In this document: positions 13,095-21,977 of the stretch, piece after piece | Numbering within the stretch: the stretch's first letter is position 1 | Layout of the letters: each line of letters opens with the position of its first letter | From: an uncultured delta proteobacterium | GTDB taxonomy: Bacteria; Desulfobacterota; RBG-13-43-22 | DNA length: 64,000 nt | Assembly: GCA_963790475.1 (NCBI GenBank) | Contig: CAWBOS010000006.1 | Span: forward strand, 64,001-128,000 | Direction: 5' to 3' | Translations under genes and position numbers: made by a program | Notes under the pieces: model-generated | What the model was told of the DNA's origin: nothing | Databases searched by the model: none | What the model saw: only the letters and a program-made list of their open reading frames with translations

Positions 13095-14297
13095 TTATCT
13101 TCTGCTAAAATCCGCCAGGGTCCCTTTATATTTTTCAAGCTTTTTCTCGTCCAGTTCGATGCCGATGCCCGGTCTCTCCGGAGGGATCAGGTCACCGTCC
13201 TTCCACTCGAAGGGTTCCTTGACGATGTCATCGAAGAAATCCCTGGATTTGTAAATGCTCTCCTGAACCAGAAAGTTGGGTATGTTGGCATCGATCTGCA
13301 GGGCGGCGGCGGTGATGACCGGCCCTCCCCAGACATGGGGGGCCATGAGCACGTAATAGGCTTCGGCCATGGAGGCGATCTTTTTGCAGGCCGTGATTCC
13401 TCCGCAGCTTCCCAGATCGGGCTGGGCCACAGCGCAGGCCCCGGCCTCGAAAAGTTTTTGAAAATCATGAATGGTGACCAATCTTTCGCCGGTGGCGATG
13501 GGGATGGTCGTACTGGCGGCCACCCGGGCCATTTCCTTAAAATTTTCCGGCGGGCAGGGCTCTTCCATCCACAAAGGGTCATATTTTTCAACCCTTTTGG
13601 CCAGGCGTCGGGAGACGGCCGGGGTGATCTGCCCGTGAGTGCCGATGCATATATCGGCCCTGTTGCCCACCGCCTGGCGGACCTTCTCCACAGCCCTTTC
13701 CGCGTGATCATACTCGGCCATGGTTATTTCCCAGGGGGCCAAGGGCATTCGTCTTAACCCGGCCTGGTGCAGGGGATCGAATTTGACCCCGGTAAATCCC
13801 GCCTCCACCATCCCGGCCGCCGTTTCGGCCAGCCCGTCGGGGTTGGTGAACCAATCCAGGGTGGCTTCCAGGAGATTGTCTTTTTTCAGGTCGAAGAGGT
13901 AGGTGTAGCTCCTGATCCGGTCTCTGAATTTACCCCCCAGCAGGTTGTACACCGGGGTGTTGTAGTATTTGCCGCAAATATCCCACAGGGCGATGTCAAA
14001 GGCGCTGATCAGTCCGACGGTCAGATAATCCGGATGTTGGGCGGTCAGGTTGGAATAAAGATAATGGTAAAGCGTTTCCCGGTTGATCGGGTCTTGGTCT
14101 TTCAGGTAAGTGTCGAAAATATTCTCCACCATTTTCTCGTAGCCATTTTCAAGCCCGTATAGGCTCCAGAGAACCGCGGTCTCCCCCCAGCCGGAAATTC
14201 CCTGGTCAGTTTCCAGCTTGAGAAAAAACCATAAAAATCCTCCCCAATTGGGGGGCTCGGTTTTTACAACATATGGCTTAACATTTGTCAGTTTCAT
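13095..14297 (-). CDS. Mandelate racemase/muconate lactonizing enzyme family (galactonate-dehydratase-like)
   Basis: GWGE, DIALWDI.GK, KFD, WMEEP, PIATGE, QPD, APH, PGIGIE motifs. Confidence 0.9.
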   Translation of the reverse strand: MKLTNVKPYVVKTEPPNWGGFLWFFLKLETDQGISGWGETAVLWSLYGLENGYEKMVENIFDTYLKDQDPINRETLYHYLYSNLTAQHPDYLTVGLISAFDIALWDICGKYYNTPVYNLLGGKFRDRIRSYTYLFDLKKDNLLEATLDWFTNPDGLAETAAGMVEAGFTGVKFDPLHQAGLRRMPLAPWEITMAEYDHAERAVEKVRQAVGNRADICIGTHGQITPAVSRRLAKRVEKYDPLWMEEPCPPENFKEMARVAASTTIPIATGERLVTIHDFQKLFEAGACAVAQPDLGSCGGITACKKIASMAEAYYVLMAPHVWGGPVITAAALQIDANIPNFLVQESIYKSRDFFDDIVKEPFEWKDGDLIPPERPGIGIELDEKKLEKYKGTLADFSRR

Positions 14298-14327
14298 GGT
14301 CGTCCTTTCTTAAGATGATGAGAAACC

Positions 14328-15302
14328 CTAAAGACATGACCAAATCGTCCTTTTAACCAGAGCCCGGGCGATCGGGACCATATAACCATTGTGGGCCAAG
14401 GGTTTGGCTCCAGCCACGGCGGACTCTGCGGCCTCCGTGGCGATTTTTTCGTTTAGCGGTTTTCCGATCATACCCCTTTCGGCGTTGACCGGCCGGTATG
14501 GTTTTACAAAGACAGCGTTCAGACAGATTCGGGCTTCTTCGACCTTTTGATCTTTCAAGGTGATCGCCACAGCGCAGTTAACGATAGGAAAATCAATGGA
14601 CTTCCTAAGGGCGAATTTGCTGAAGGCGCTTCCGGTGCCAGGGGCCGGAGTCGGAATATCGATCTCCAGGACGATCTCGTCCTTTTCCAGGATCGTGGTC
14701 CCGGTTATACTCACCCGAAAGAAGTCTTCAGCCGGGACGGTTCTCTTGGTCGTCCCGATGCGGCTGTTGAGGGCGATCAAGGCCGGGGCGGTATCACTGG
14801 GGTGCACGGCATAGCACCCTTCTTCCACGCTGCCGCCGAAGATGGAGTGATAGCGGTTGTCTCCATCAATGGCATAACAACGTCCGCCGCCTTTTCTCAG
14901 ACAGGGGAAACGATTGTCCGGAGTTCGGTAGTACCAGCACCTTATATCCTGGCAGATATTCCCGGCCAGAGTGCCCATCTCCCGTATATGGGGAGAAGCG
15001 GTCTTTCTGGCCGCCAGAGACAGGGCAGTAAATTTCTCTTTCACCACAGGATGGGTGGCTATATCCTCCAGGCGGGTCAAGGCGCCTATCGTCAACCCCT
15101 CCGGGCCTTCCCGAATAAAATCCAGTCCGGGGATAGACTTAATATTGATGACCGCTTCGGGATAGTAGGGCAGGATCCTGTCTTTCATCTTTCCCAGCAG
15201 ATCGGTTCCTCCGGCAATGAGCTGGGCCCTTCCCTGATATCTTTGAAGGATTGAAACCGCCTCGTTCGTAGACTGGGCATTGATATGAACGAATTTTTTC
15301 AC
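14328..15302 (-). CDS. Xanthine-dehydrogenase-family FAD subunit with 4Fe-4S insert (PaoB/HcrB-type)
   Basis: AGGTDL, IREMGTLAGN, RCWYYR..C..C..C.AVHPSD; GTG start at 15302 with AGGAGG. Confidence 0.92.
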   Translation of the reverse strand: MKKFVHINAQSTNEAVSILQRYQGRAQLIAGGTDLLGKMKDRILPYYPEAVINIKSIPGLDFIREGPEGLTIGALTRLEDIATHPVVKEKFTALSLAARKTASPHIREMGTLAGNICQDIRCWYYRTPDNRFPCLRKGGGRCYAIDGDNRYHSIFGGSVEEGCYAVHPSDTAPALIALNSRIGTTKRTVPAEDFFRVSITGTTILEKDEIVLEIDIPTPAPGTGSAFSKFALRKSIDFPIVNCAVAITLKDQKVEEARICLNAVFVKPYRPVNAERGMIGKPLNEKIATEAAESAVAGAKPLAHNGYMVPIARALVKRTIWSCL

Positions 15303-15312
15303 GGATTCCCTC

Positions 15313-17766
15313 CTAAACCTTTCCCAAGGCCTTGAGGATTCGGTTTGGTGTAATCGGGAAGTCATCGATCCACACCCCAAGGGCGTTATAAACCGCCGGG
15401 CCGACCAGGGCAGGCACCACAGTGCCAATATCCTCCCCGATGCCCACTACCCCATAGGGGCCGTAACCCATGCCGGTCTCCACCAGGATCGTGTCGATTG
15501 GGCCTTCGATATCCAGGATAGTGGAGATCTTATAATCCAGAAGATTCCCGTTGAGCATAACCCCGGTCACCGGGTCGTAAATGACCTCCTCGGTCAAGCC
15601 CCGGCCCACACCCATATAGGTTCCGCCGTACTGCTGTCCGTTACAGGATAAGGGGTTGATGGCCTTGCCCACGTCATTGACATTGACCACCTTGGTAACG
15701 ATGACCTCACCGGTTTCAGGATCGACCTCCACCTCCATGAAATGGGCCTGACGACAGAACTTGGTATAGATATGCTCGGGATTATAAGTTCCGTCCTGGA
15801 CATGATATCCGTAAGCGAAGAGCGGGAGAGAAAAAGCGGTTCGTACACCCAGGTTCTCATTATCGCTCATGGGACCGGCACCGGTGGAGGGCCCGACGAA
15901 TTCGGCCAAGGTGATCCTTTTTGAAGGATCTTTCTTCAGAAAGATTACACTGTCCCGCATATCCAGATCTTCGGCTTTGGTCTCAGGAAAGAAAGAAGGA
16001 AAACTGCCCCGTTGGGTTTGGGCAACGGGACCGGCAGCAGCTTCCAGGATCTGCTGTTTGAGGATACGGGCGGCATTGCGAACGGCAAAACCGTTGATGG
16101 CCATATTGGTTGAGGAATCCGGAGTCATTCGGAAGAAACCGGGATCAATCCGGGGGTTATAGAAGACATCCGTCAGTTTCATCCCCAACTCATCGGCAGC
16201 TATGCGGCAGTAAGAATTCTCGGCGTCCACCCCGTTGTCACAGCCCATAGCCAGGATGGAGGCCGCGCCGTCATTTCTCTCAATGCGGATGGCCATCTCA
16301 CTCGAACCGCCCGAATCGTCCCATTCGTGGGCGAAGGTGAAGGCCAGCCCATGCATCCGGCCATTGGCCAGACGTTTGCTACCCGGCGGGTGCCACTTTT
16401 TCTCCCAGTCTATGGCCGCCTTACCATTCTCAATACATTCCCGCAGACTGTCTCTCACCACAAATCCGCGTTCTTTTTTTTGTTGATTCAACCATTCCGG
16501 GCCATGGCCGAAGGCCCCGTCATTTTTTAAGGCCACCTCCGTCGGGTCCAGATTCAAGGCATTGGCCATATGGTCAAAGACCAAGGTCTGGGTATGGGTG
16601 TTGGCATTCTGTTCACACCGGGTGGGGACATTAGGCCCCTTGTTGGTCAACACGGTCAGCATCTTTCCGTATAAATTAGGAATTCGGGTATTTTCCAGCA
16701 GGTGTTTAAGAAAATGAAAAACCGGCCATTGCTGATTAGCCAGCACGGCCCTTCCCTCAACCGCAGTAATGGTGCCGTCTTTTTTGGCCCCTACTTTGAG
16801 AGTATAGGTGCCTTCGTCCATCTCTCCGCCGAAAAAATCCTCTCGCCGGGTAAAGGTCCATTTGATCGGCCTCCCGGTGCGCCTGGACAGCAAGGCAGCG
16901 CAATAATGGCCGGCAAAATTCCAGTTGACCTGGCTCCAACCTCCGAAGCTGGCCCCCTGGTAAAGGCAATGAACTTGGATTTTGTTCATGGGAACGCCCC
17001 CGAACCAGGAAGCAATAACCCTTTTGGCAATATGGGGCCGCTGTTGTTTGACCCAGACTTCGGCCATATCGCCGTTCCAGCGAAAGACCCCGCAGGGGCG
17101 CTCAGGCCCAATCCAGGTATGGAGGCGTCGTTCGGAACGAAATTCAACGATCTGATCGGCTTCGGCAAAGCCTTTTTCAATATCGCCCTGTTTGATGTCC
17201 GAAAACGTCTCGCCCAGCAAAAGTTCGTTATAGTGATTCCCAAATGAGAAAACCTCCGGATTGGCCAGGGGTGCCTCCGGTTTCAGGGCCTCCTCCGGAT
17301 CCAGGACAAAGGGGCGGACTTCCCATTCCAGCTCGATGAGCCGCAGGGCCTGTTCGGCAATATCCTCCGTATCGGCTGCCACGGCCGCTCCGCATTCCTG
17401 CCCCTGAAAATAAACGATACCGGGAAGCACAATTTCGGCCTGTGGCACATGTCCGCCCAAGTCGGCGGTCTCGGGCAGTTCGGGATCATCATAGCGCAGA
17501 ATGGCCCGGACGCCGGGAAAATCCCGGGCCCTGGTCGTATCCATTTTTAATATTTTAGCATGAGGATAAGGCGAGGTCAGGAATCGCAAGTGGAGCATTC
17601 CGGGCAACTGGACATCCATGGTATAGTCGGCCCGCCCACCAGCCTTGTGAAGGCCATCCACCCGACGCGGGCCTCGCTGGCCGATATGGACATACTCTTT
17701 CCGGGGGTATTTGTCGGCCCCCAGGTTGTCGAACATCTCCTTCATTCGGGAGATCTCTTCAGACAT
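15313..17766 (-). CDS. Xanthine-dehydrogenase-family molybdopterin-binding large subunit
   Basis: G.ADYT.D..LPGML, SPYPHA, GASFGG, EVEVDPETG, GIGE motifs; start MSEEISR overlaps the upstream gene. Confidence 0.93.
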   Translation of the reverse strand: MSEEISRMKEMFDNLGADKYPRKEYVHIGQRGPRRVDGLHKAGGRADYTMDVQLPGMLHLRFLTSPYPHAKILKMDTTRARDFPGVRAILRYDDPELPETADLGGHVPQAEIVLPGIVYFQGQECGAAVAADTEDIAEQALRLIELEWEVRPFVLDPEEALKPEAPLANPEVFSFGNHYNELLLGETFSDIKQGDIEKGFAEADQIVEFRSERRLHTWIGPERPCGVFRWNGDMAEVWVKQQRPHIAKRVIASWFGGVPMNKIQVHCLYQGASFGGWSQVNWNFAGHYCAALLSRRTGRPIKWTFTRREDFFGGEMDEGTYTLKVGAKKDGTITAVEGRAVLANQQWPVFHFLKHLLENTRIPNLYGKMLTVLTNKGPNVPTRCEQNANTHTQTLVFDHMANALNLDPTEVALKNDGAFGHGPEWLNQQKKERGFVVRDSLRECIENGKAAIDWEKKWHPPGSKRLANGRMHGLAFTFAHEWDDSGGSSEMAIRIERNDGAASILAMGCDNGVDAENSYCRIAADELGMKLTDVFYNPRIDPGFFRMTPDSSTNMAINGFAVRNAARILKQQILEAAAGPVAQTQRGSFPSFFPETKAEDLDMRDSVIFLKKDPSKRITLAEFVGPSTGAGPMSDNENLGVRTAFSLPLFAYGYHVQDGTYNPEHIYTKFCRQAHFMEVEVDPETGEVIVTKVVNVNDVGKAINPLSCNGQQYGGTYMGVGRGLTEEVIYDPVTGVMLNGNLLDYKISTILDIEGPIDTILVETGMGYGPYGVVGIGEDIGTVVPALVGPAVYNALGVWIDDFPITPNRILKALGKV

Positions 17767-18373
17767 CTTCTTTTCCTTCCCGCTCTTTAATAAAATCCTG
17801 AACAGCAATCGGATGCTGCGGGTAGGTGCCGCAGCGACAAAGATTGCCGGCCAATGCCTCCCGGATTTCCCGGTCAGTGGGATTTGGGTTCTTATCCAGC
17901 AGGGCCTTGGCCGTGACCACGAATCCGGGAGTACAATAACCGCATTGCATGGCATGGTGTTCGGCGTACTTTTCTATCAGCTTGGGATGGGCGGCAGCCA
18001 CACCTTCCACCGTTTCGATTACGGCACCATTGCATTCGATGGCCAGGGTCATGCAGGAGAGAATGGCCCGGCTGTTCATGATGACCGTACAGGAACCACA
18101 GGCCCCTCGATCGCAGAACATCTTGGCCCCGGTCAAGCCCAACCGGTCATGAATGACCTGGTACAGGGTCCACTCCGGTTCAACTATGATCTCGTAGGGT
18201 TGACTGTTGACAGTCAGCCGGATCAGCCCTTCCGGCTCGGGGACAGGTTCTGTCTTGTGCTCGGCCAGGACATGGATTTTCAAGGCTTCAAAGGTTTCCT
18301 GGAGCCGGGAACAATAAGGGCATTGGAAGCGGGCTCCCAGTTCCGAATTTTTCATATCCATAGTTCTCCCCAT
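17759..18373 (-). CDS. Xanthine-dehydrogenase-family 2x[2Fe-2S] subunit with N-terminal C2H2 zinc finger
   Basis: CDRGACGSCTV, QCGYCTPG, NLCRC; N-terminal C-x2-C-x12-H-x4-H. Confidence 0.93.
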   Translation of the reverse strand: MGRTMDMKNSELGARFQCPYCSRLQETFEALKIHVLAEHKTEPVPEPEGLIRLTVNSQPYEIIVEPEWTLYQVIHDRLGLTGAKMFCDRGACGSCTVIMNSRAILSCMTLAIECNGAVIETVEGVAAAHPKLIEKYAEHHAMQCGYCTPGFVVTAKALLDKNPNPTDREIREALAGNLCRCGTYPQHPIAVQDFIKEREGKEDV

Positions 18374-18378
18374 TCGGA

Positions 18379-19604
18379 TTAAATACTTTTCAGAGTCCTC
18401 AAAAATCGTGATTGTGTCAAACGTTGCTCATATTCCTCTTTAAAATACTTCAACGAATCCAGGACCGGTACGGGGACGGATTGACCCAGTCCGCACAAAG
18501 AGGCCTGCATCATAGCCGGAGAGAGGGCTTCCAGGGCCGAGAGATCTTCCGCCCGGCCTTCCCCATGGACCAACCGGTTGAAGATCTCCATCATCACCTC
18601 AGTGCCTTCGCGGCAGGGGGTACATTTCCCGCAGGATTCCTCGGCAAAAAAAAGAATATTTCGGAAAACCGTATCGATCATGTCCCGGCTCCGGTTAAGG
18701 ACGATCACCGCCCCTGAACCCAGTACCTGCTCAAAAGCCAAAGGGGTATTCAGCAGCTCGGGGGTAAGATCCTTCCTGAAGCTCCGCCGATCTGGACCGC
18801 TTTGATCTCTCGCGCGCCGGCCAGGTCCTCGACCAGTTCCTTTAAGGGGCTGCCCATGAGGAGCTCATAAACTCCCGGCCTTTCCACATCGCCACTGACG
18901 GAAAAAACCTTGGTACCTCTGCTTTTCTCCGTCCCCATGGCCCTGAACCAGCCGGCACCGTTCAGCATGATCCTTGGGATGTTCACCAGGGTCTCGACAT
19001 TGTTGATAATCGTTGGATATCCAAAGAGACCTTTCATTGGCGGGAAGGGAGGTTTATAACGGGGCTCTCCCCGTTTACCTTCGATGGAATCCATGAGGGC
19101 CGATTCCTCTCCACAGATATAGGCTCCGGCCCCTTCGACGATCCGAATATCCATATGATTCAGGAACCCGGCCTCTTTAACCTGTAGAAGGATTTGTTCC
19201 AGGCCATTCAACAAAAAATGGTATTCAGCCCGCAGATAAAGGTAGGCCCTTTTTGCTCCTATGGCATACCCGGCAATGGCCAGGCCTTCAATAAGAGAAA
19301 AAGGGTCCCCGGAAAGGATGGTTCGGTCTTTAAAAGCGCCGACTTCGCCCTCATCGGCATTACAGATCAGGTATTTTTCTTTCCCTTTTGTTTTTCGAGC
19401 CAACTCCCATTTCAAGCCACAACTGAATCCCGCCCCACCCCGGCCCAGAAGTTCTGAAGATTTGATCTCATCGATGACCGCTTCCGGGCTTAACTCCTCT
19501 TGACATCTTTTCCAGGCCTTAAACCCGTCTGCGGCAAGATAGGTTTTGAGATCTTGGGGATCAATCTTACCCACATTCTTAAGGACGATTCGCGTTTCCG
19601 GCAC
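18379..19604 (-). pseudogene. NuoF-like FMN/NAD-binding subunit split by a 1-bp frameshift (ORFs 18750-19604 and 18379-18741)
   Basis: GRGGAGF, NADEGE, GAYICGEE, NNVET in the first part; ESCGKCTPCREG, CGLG in the second; adding one C to the C5 run at 18760-18764 restores LPPELLNTPLAFE. Confidence 0.85.
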
Positions 19605-19623
19605 GGTATTCTCCCTAAATATT

Positions 19624-20043
19624 TTAGGTATATTTCTTTAGGACTTTTGATAGCTTCTCTGGAGTTAAATGCCCATGAACATCGTCGTTGATCAACATGG
19701 CCGGGGCCAGGTCGCAGGCCCCGATGCAATTGGTCAATTCAAAGCTGAACCGGCCGTCTTTGGAGACTTCACCGGGTCCGATACCCAAGACCTCCTGAAT
19801 GCCATTGATAATCATCGGCGAATCCTGCATGTGGCAGGGGAGGCTTTTGCATATACGAATAACATACCGGCCCCGCGGCTTCAGGGATAAAAAGGAATAG
19901 AAACTGGATACCCCGAATATTTCGTTATTCGGGAGGTTCAAAGAATCGGATAATTCTTCCAGGGCGGTGGGAGACAAAAAAGACTCTTTAGTTTGTGATT
20001 GTTTCAATAATTCGAGCAGGTCTTGACGATTGGGTTCAGACAT
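19624..20043 (-). CDS. NuoE-like [2Fe-2S] subunit
   Basis: SFYSF, C-x4-C (CKSLPC), CIGACDLAP. Confidence 0.92.
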   Translation of the reverse strand: MSEPNRQDLLELLKQSQTKESFLSPTALEELSDSLNLPNNEIFGVSSFYSFLSLKPRGRYVIRICKSLPCHMQDSPMIINGIQEVLGIGPGEVSKDGRFSFELTNCIGACDLAPAMLINDDVHGHLTPEKLSKVLKKYT

Positions 20044-20064
20044 ATGAAGCAGGCTCCCTCTATA

Positions 20065-20703
20065 TTAATTCGTGGGTTTGCTTAAGGCCCCGGTGGGGCA
20101 GTAGTCGATACAGATTCCACAATCTCTGCATACTTCTTTTTTTAATGGACCGTCCAGGTCGGTGATGATCTTGGACTGAAAGCCCCGATAAGCGACGCTT
20201 AAGACATTCTTTTGGGCGATCTCGTTGCAGGCCCCGACACACCGACGGCAGAGAATGCATTTGGAAAGGTCCCGTCGTACATAGGGATTATCGTCTTCAG
20301 GAGGATAATAACGGGGGGCCTCCACTTGAAAGCGGGGAGGCCCGATTTCAAGTTCAGCAGCCAGTTTATGGAGTGTACAGGCTTTGGCATTGATGTCTGC
20401 AACACAAGCCCCGGTATGAGCGGTCAGGAGGAGTTCAATAATCGTCCTTCTGGTTTCCAGGACCTTGGGCGAACGGGTATGAACAACCATGCCATTGGAA
20501 ATAGGCGTATGGCAGGCCGCTATCAGAGTACGGGACCCCGCCACTTCGATCAGGCAGACACGGCAAACACCCGTGGGTTGAAGGTCCGGCGAATGACACA
20601 GGGTCGGGATTTTAATATTAACCTGCTCGGCCGCTTGAAGGATGGTCATCCCCACCCGGCCTTTTACTGCGCTTCCGTCGATAGTAAGATGAATATCATT
20701 CAT
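20065..20703 (-). CDS. Stand-alone NuoG/HydA/FdhA-N-terminal-like iron-sulfur protein
   Basis: IPTLCH..CRVC..AAC (2Fe-2S), CILCRRCVGAC and CRDCGICIDYCP (2x4Fe-4S); no catalytic domain. Confidence 0.88.
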   Translation of the reverse strand: MNDIHLTIDGSAVKGRVGMTILQAAEQVNIKIPTLCHSPDLQPTGVCRVCLIEVAGSRTLIAACHTPISNGMVVHTRSPKVLETRRTIIELLLTAHTGACVADINAKACTLHKLAAELEIGPPRFQVEAPRYYPPEDDNPYVRRDLSKCILCRRCVGACNEIAQKNVLSVAYRGFQSKIITDLDGPLKKEVCRDCGICIDYCPTGALSKPTN

Positions 20704-20886
20704 AATATTTGAAGAAAAAGGGGATTAATAAATTTTGAGGAAAGGGACAAGCCAACAGTTGCTATCGGTAAAAGACAAGAAGGTCCTTTTTGCCGATTGC
20801 CTGTAACTCCCAAGGAATCAAATTCTGCGCTTCAGGACATCCCCCTGGATGAGATGGGTAGCCAGAAATTCCTTGTGGATGGTAGG

Positions 20887-20916
20887 AGTATAAAATAGTC
20901 AAACAATAAGAGTCAA
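20887..20916 (-). promoter_or_regulatory. Putative sigma70 promoter of the FeS-NuoEF-XDH operon
   Basis: TTGACT-18 nt-TATACT on the minus strand. Confidence 0.5.
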
Positions 20917-21128
20917 GCATAAAACCTGGCCAAAAATCCTGACTCAAAAGGTCCAGTGATCGCCGGACGTTTCGATATTCATATATGAGAGGCCTTCTTA
21001 GAAATAACCCGGAGGTCCGATTTTTTTTGACGAAGTATCCAAGAGGCGTTATTATTGACGCTCTAAAGATCAGGTAAATTTGAATTACGATTCTCACCCT
21101 CGGGGGTGTAGAAATTTCAAGGAGAAGC

Positions 21129-21902
21129 ATGGATAAATACCCAACTCCCCCCATGGCCGATTACCAGGATTTAAGGAAGCTCTGCCTGGAAATTGCCATT
21201 GCTGTGGGTCCCCCGATTTTCTATACCGAAAAAGAAGAATCCGTCGCACAATCCCGGATCGCTTTTGAAAAAAATGAGACGGTCCAAGAGTGTTTAGGGA
21301 TTGTGGCTCAGGAAGGATTTTTCGCCGGTCATGCCGAGGTGCATATCCGCAATGTGGCCATTGATGCCGGGGCTATCGTTCTCATTGAAGCCGATGGATC
21401 GTCAGCTATAGGGAAAATCGGCCAAAGGCTTTCTTTCCTGGCCCACATAGCCGGCGTTCTTCATGATATCAAGCGGTCACACCCCGAGCATGCCCGTCTC
21501 GGCGCCCTTGAAGCCGAAAGGATTCTGAAGCGGTTTGATCTGGAAGAGGTCGAACAGCAAATGATCGTCAAGGCCATTGCCAATCATGAGGCCTTTCAAC
21601 CGTCTGAACCTCTCGAATCGTCGAATGCCCAACTTCTTTCCGATGCCCTTTATGATGCCGATAAATTCCAGTGGGGGCCGGAAAATTTCACCGAAACCCT
21701 CTGGGCCATGCTGGCCTTACGACAGAACGAAAATGTTCCTCTCCTTTTCCAGAGGTTTCCCCAAAGCATGGAAGGCATCGAACGAATCCGCAGCACCTTC
21801 CGTTCGCGCACCGGCCAGTTCTATGGGCCCGACTTTATCGACCGGGGTCTGGAAATCGGCCATCGACTTTATGACCAGTATAAAGCTATCCAAGGAGATT
21901 GA
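21129..21902 (+). CDS. HD-domain protein
   Basis: GHAEVH, AGVLHDI, HARLGA, IANH, DADK. Confidence 0.85.
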   Translation: MDKYPTPPMADYQDLRKLCLEIAIAVGPPIFYTEKEESVAQSRIAFEKNETVQECLGIVAQEGFFAGHAEVHIRNVAIDAGAIVLIEADGSSAIGKIGQRLSFLAHIAGVLHDIKRSHPEHARLGALEAERILKRFDLEEVEQQMIVKAIANHEAFQPSEPLESSNAQLLSDALYDADKFQWGPENFTETLWAMLALRQNENVPLLFQRFPQSMEGIERIRSTFRSRTGQFYGPDFIDRGLEIGHRLYDQYKAIQGD

Positions 21903-21977
21903 AATTCTGGAATTCAGGAGCCGGGATTTGTTTATTAAGAGATAATTTCCCAAATCAGTTATCAAGAACCTAACCAC

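Noticed and set aside
15313-17766. Calling the Mo subunit a true CoxL CO dehydrogenase
   Set aside because: The loop is PTRCEQN, not AYRCSFR, the gene order is S-L-M, and no coxDEFG accessory genes are present
18750-18752. TGA in the NuoF-like gene as selenocysteine
   Set aside because: The downstream conserved sequence is in a different frame, so this is a frameshift, not readthrough
18379-20703. Respiratory complex I or an [FeFe]-hydrogenase
   Set aside because: No membrane Nuo subunits and no H-cluster domain
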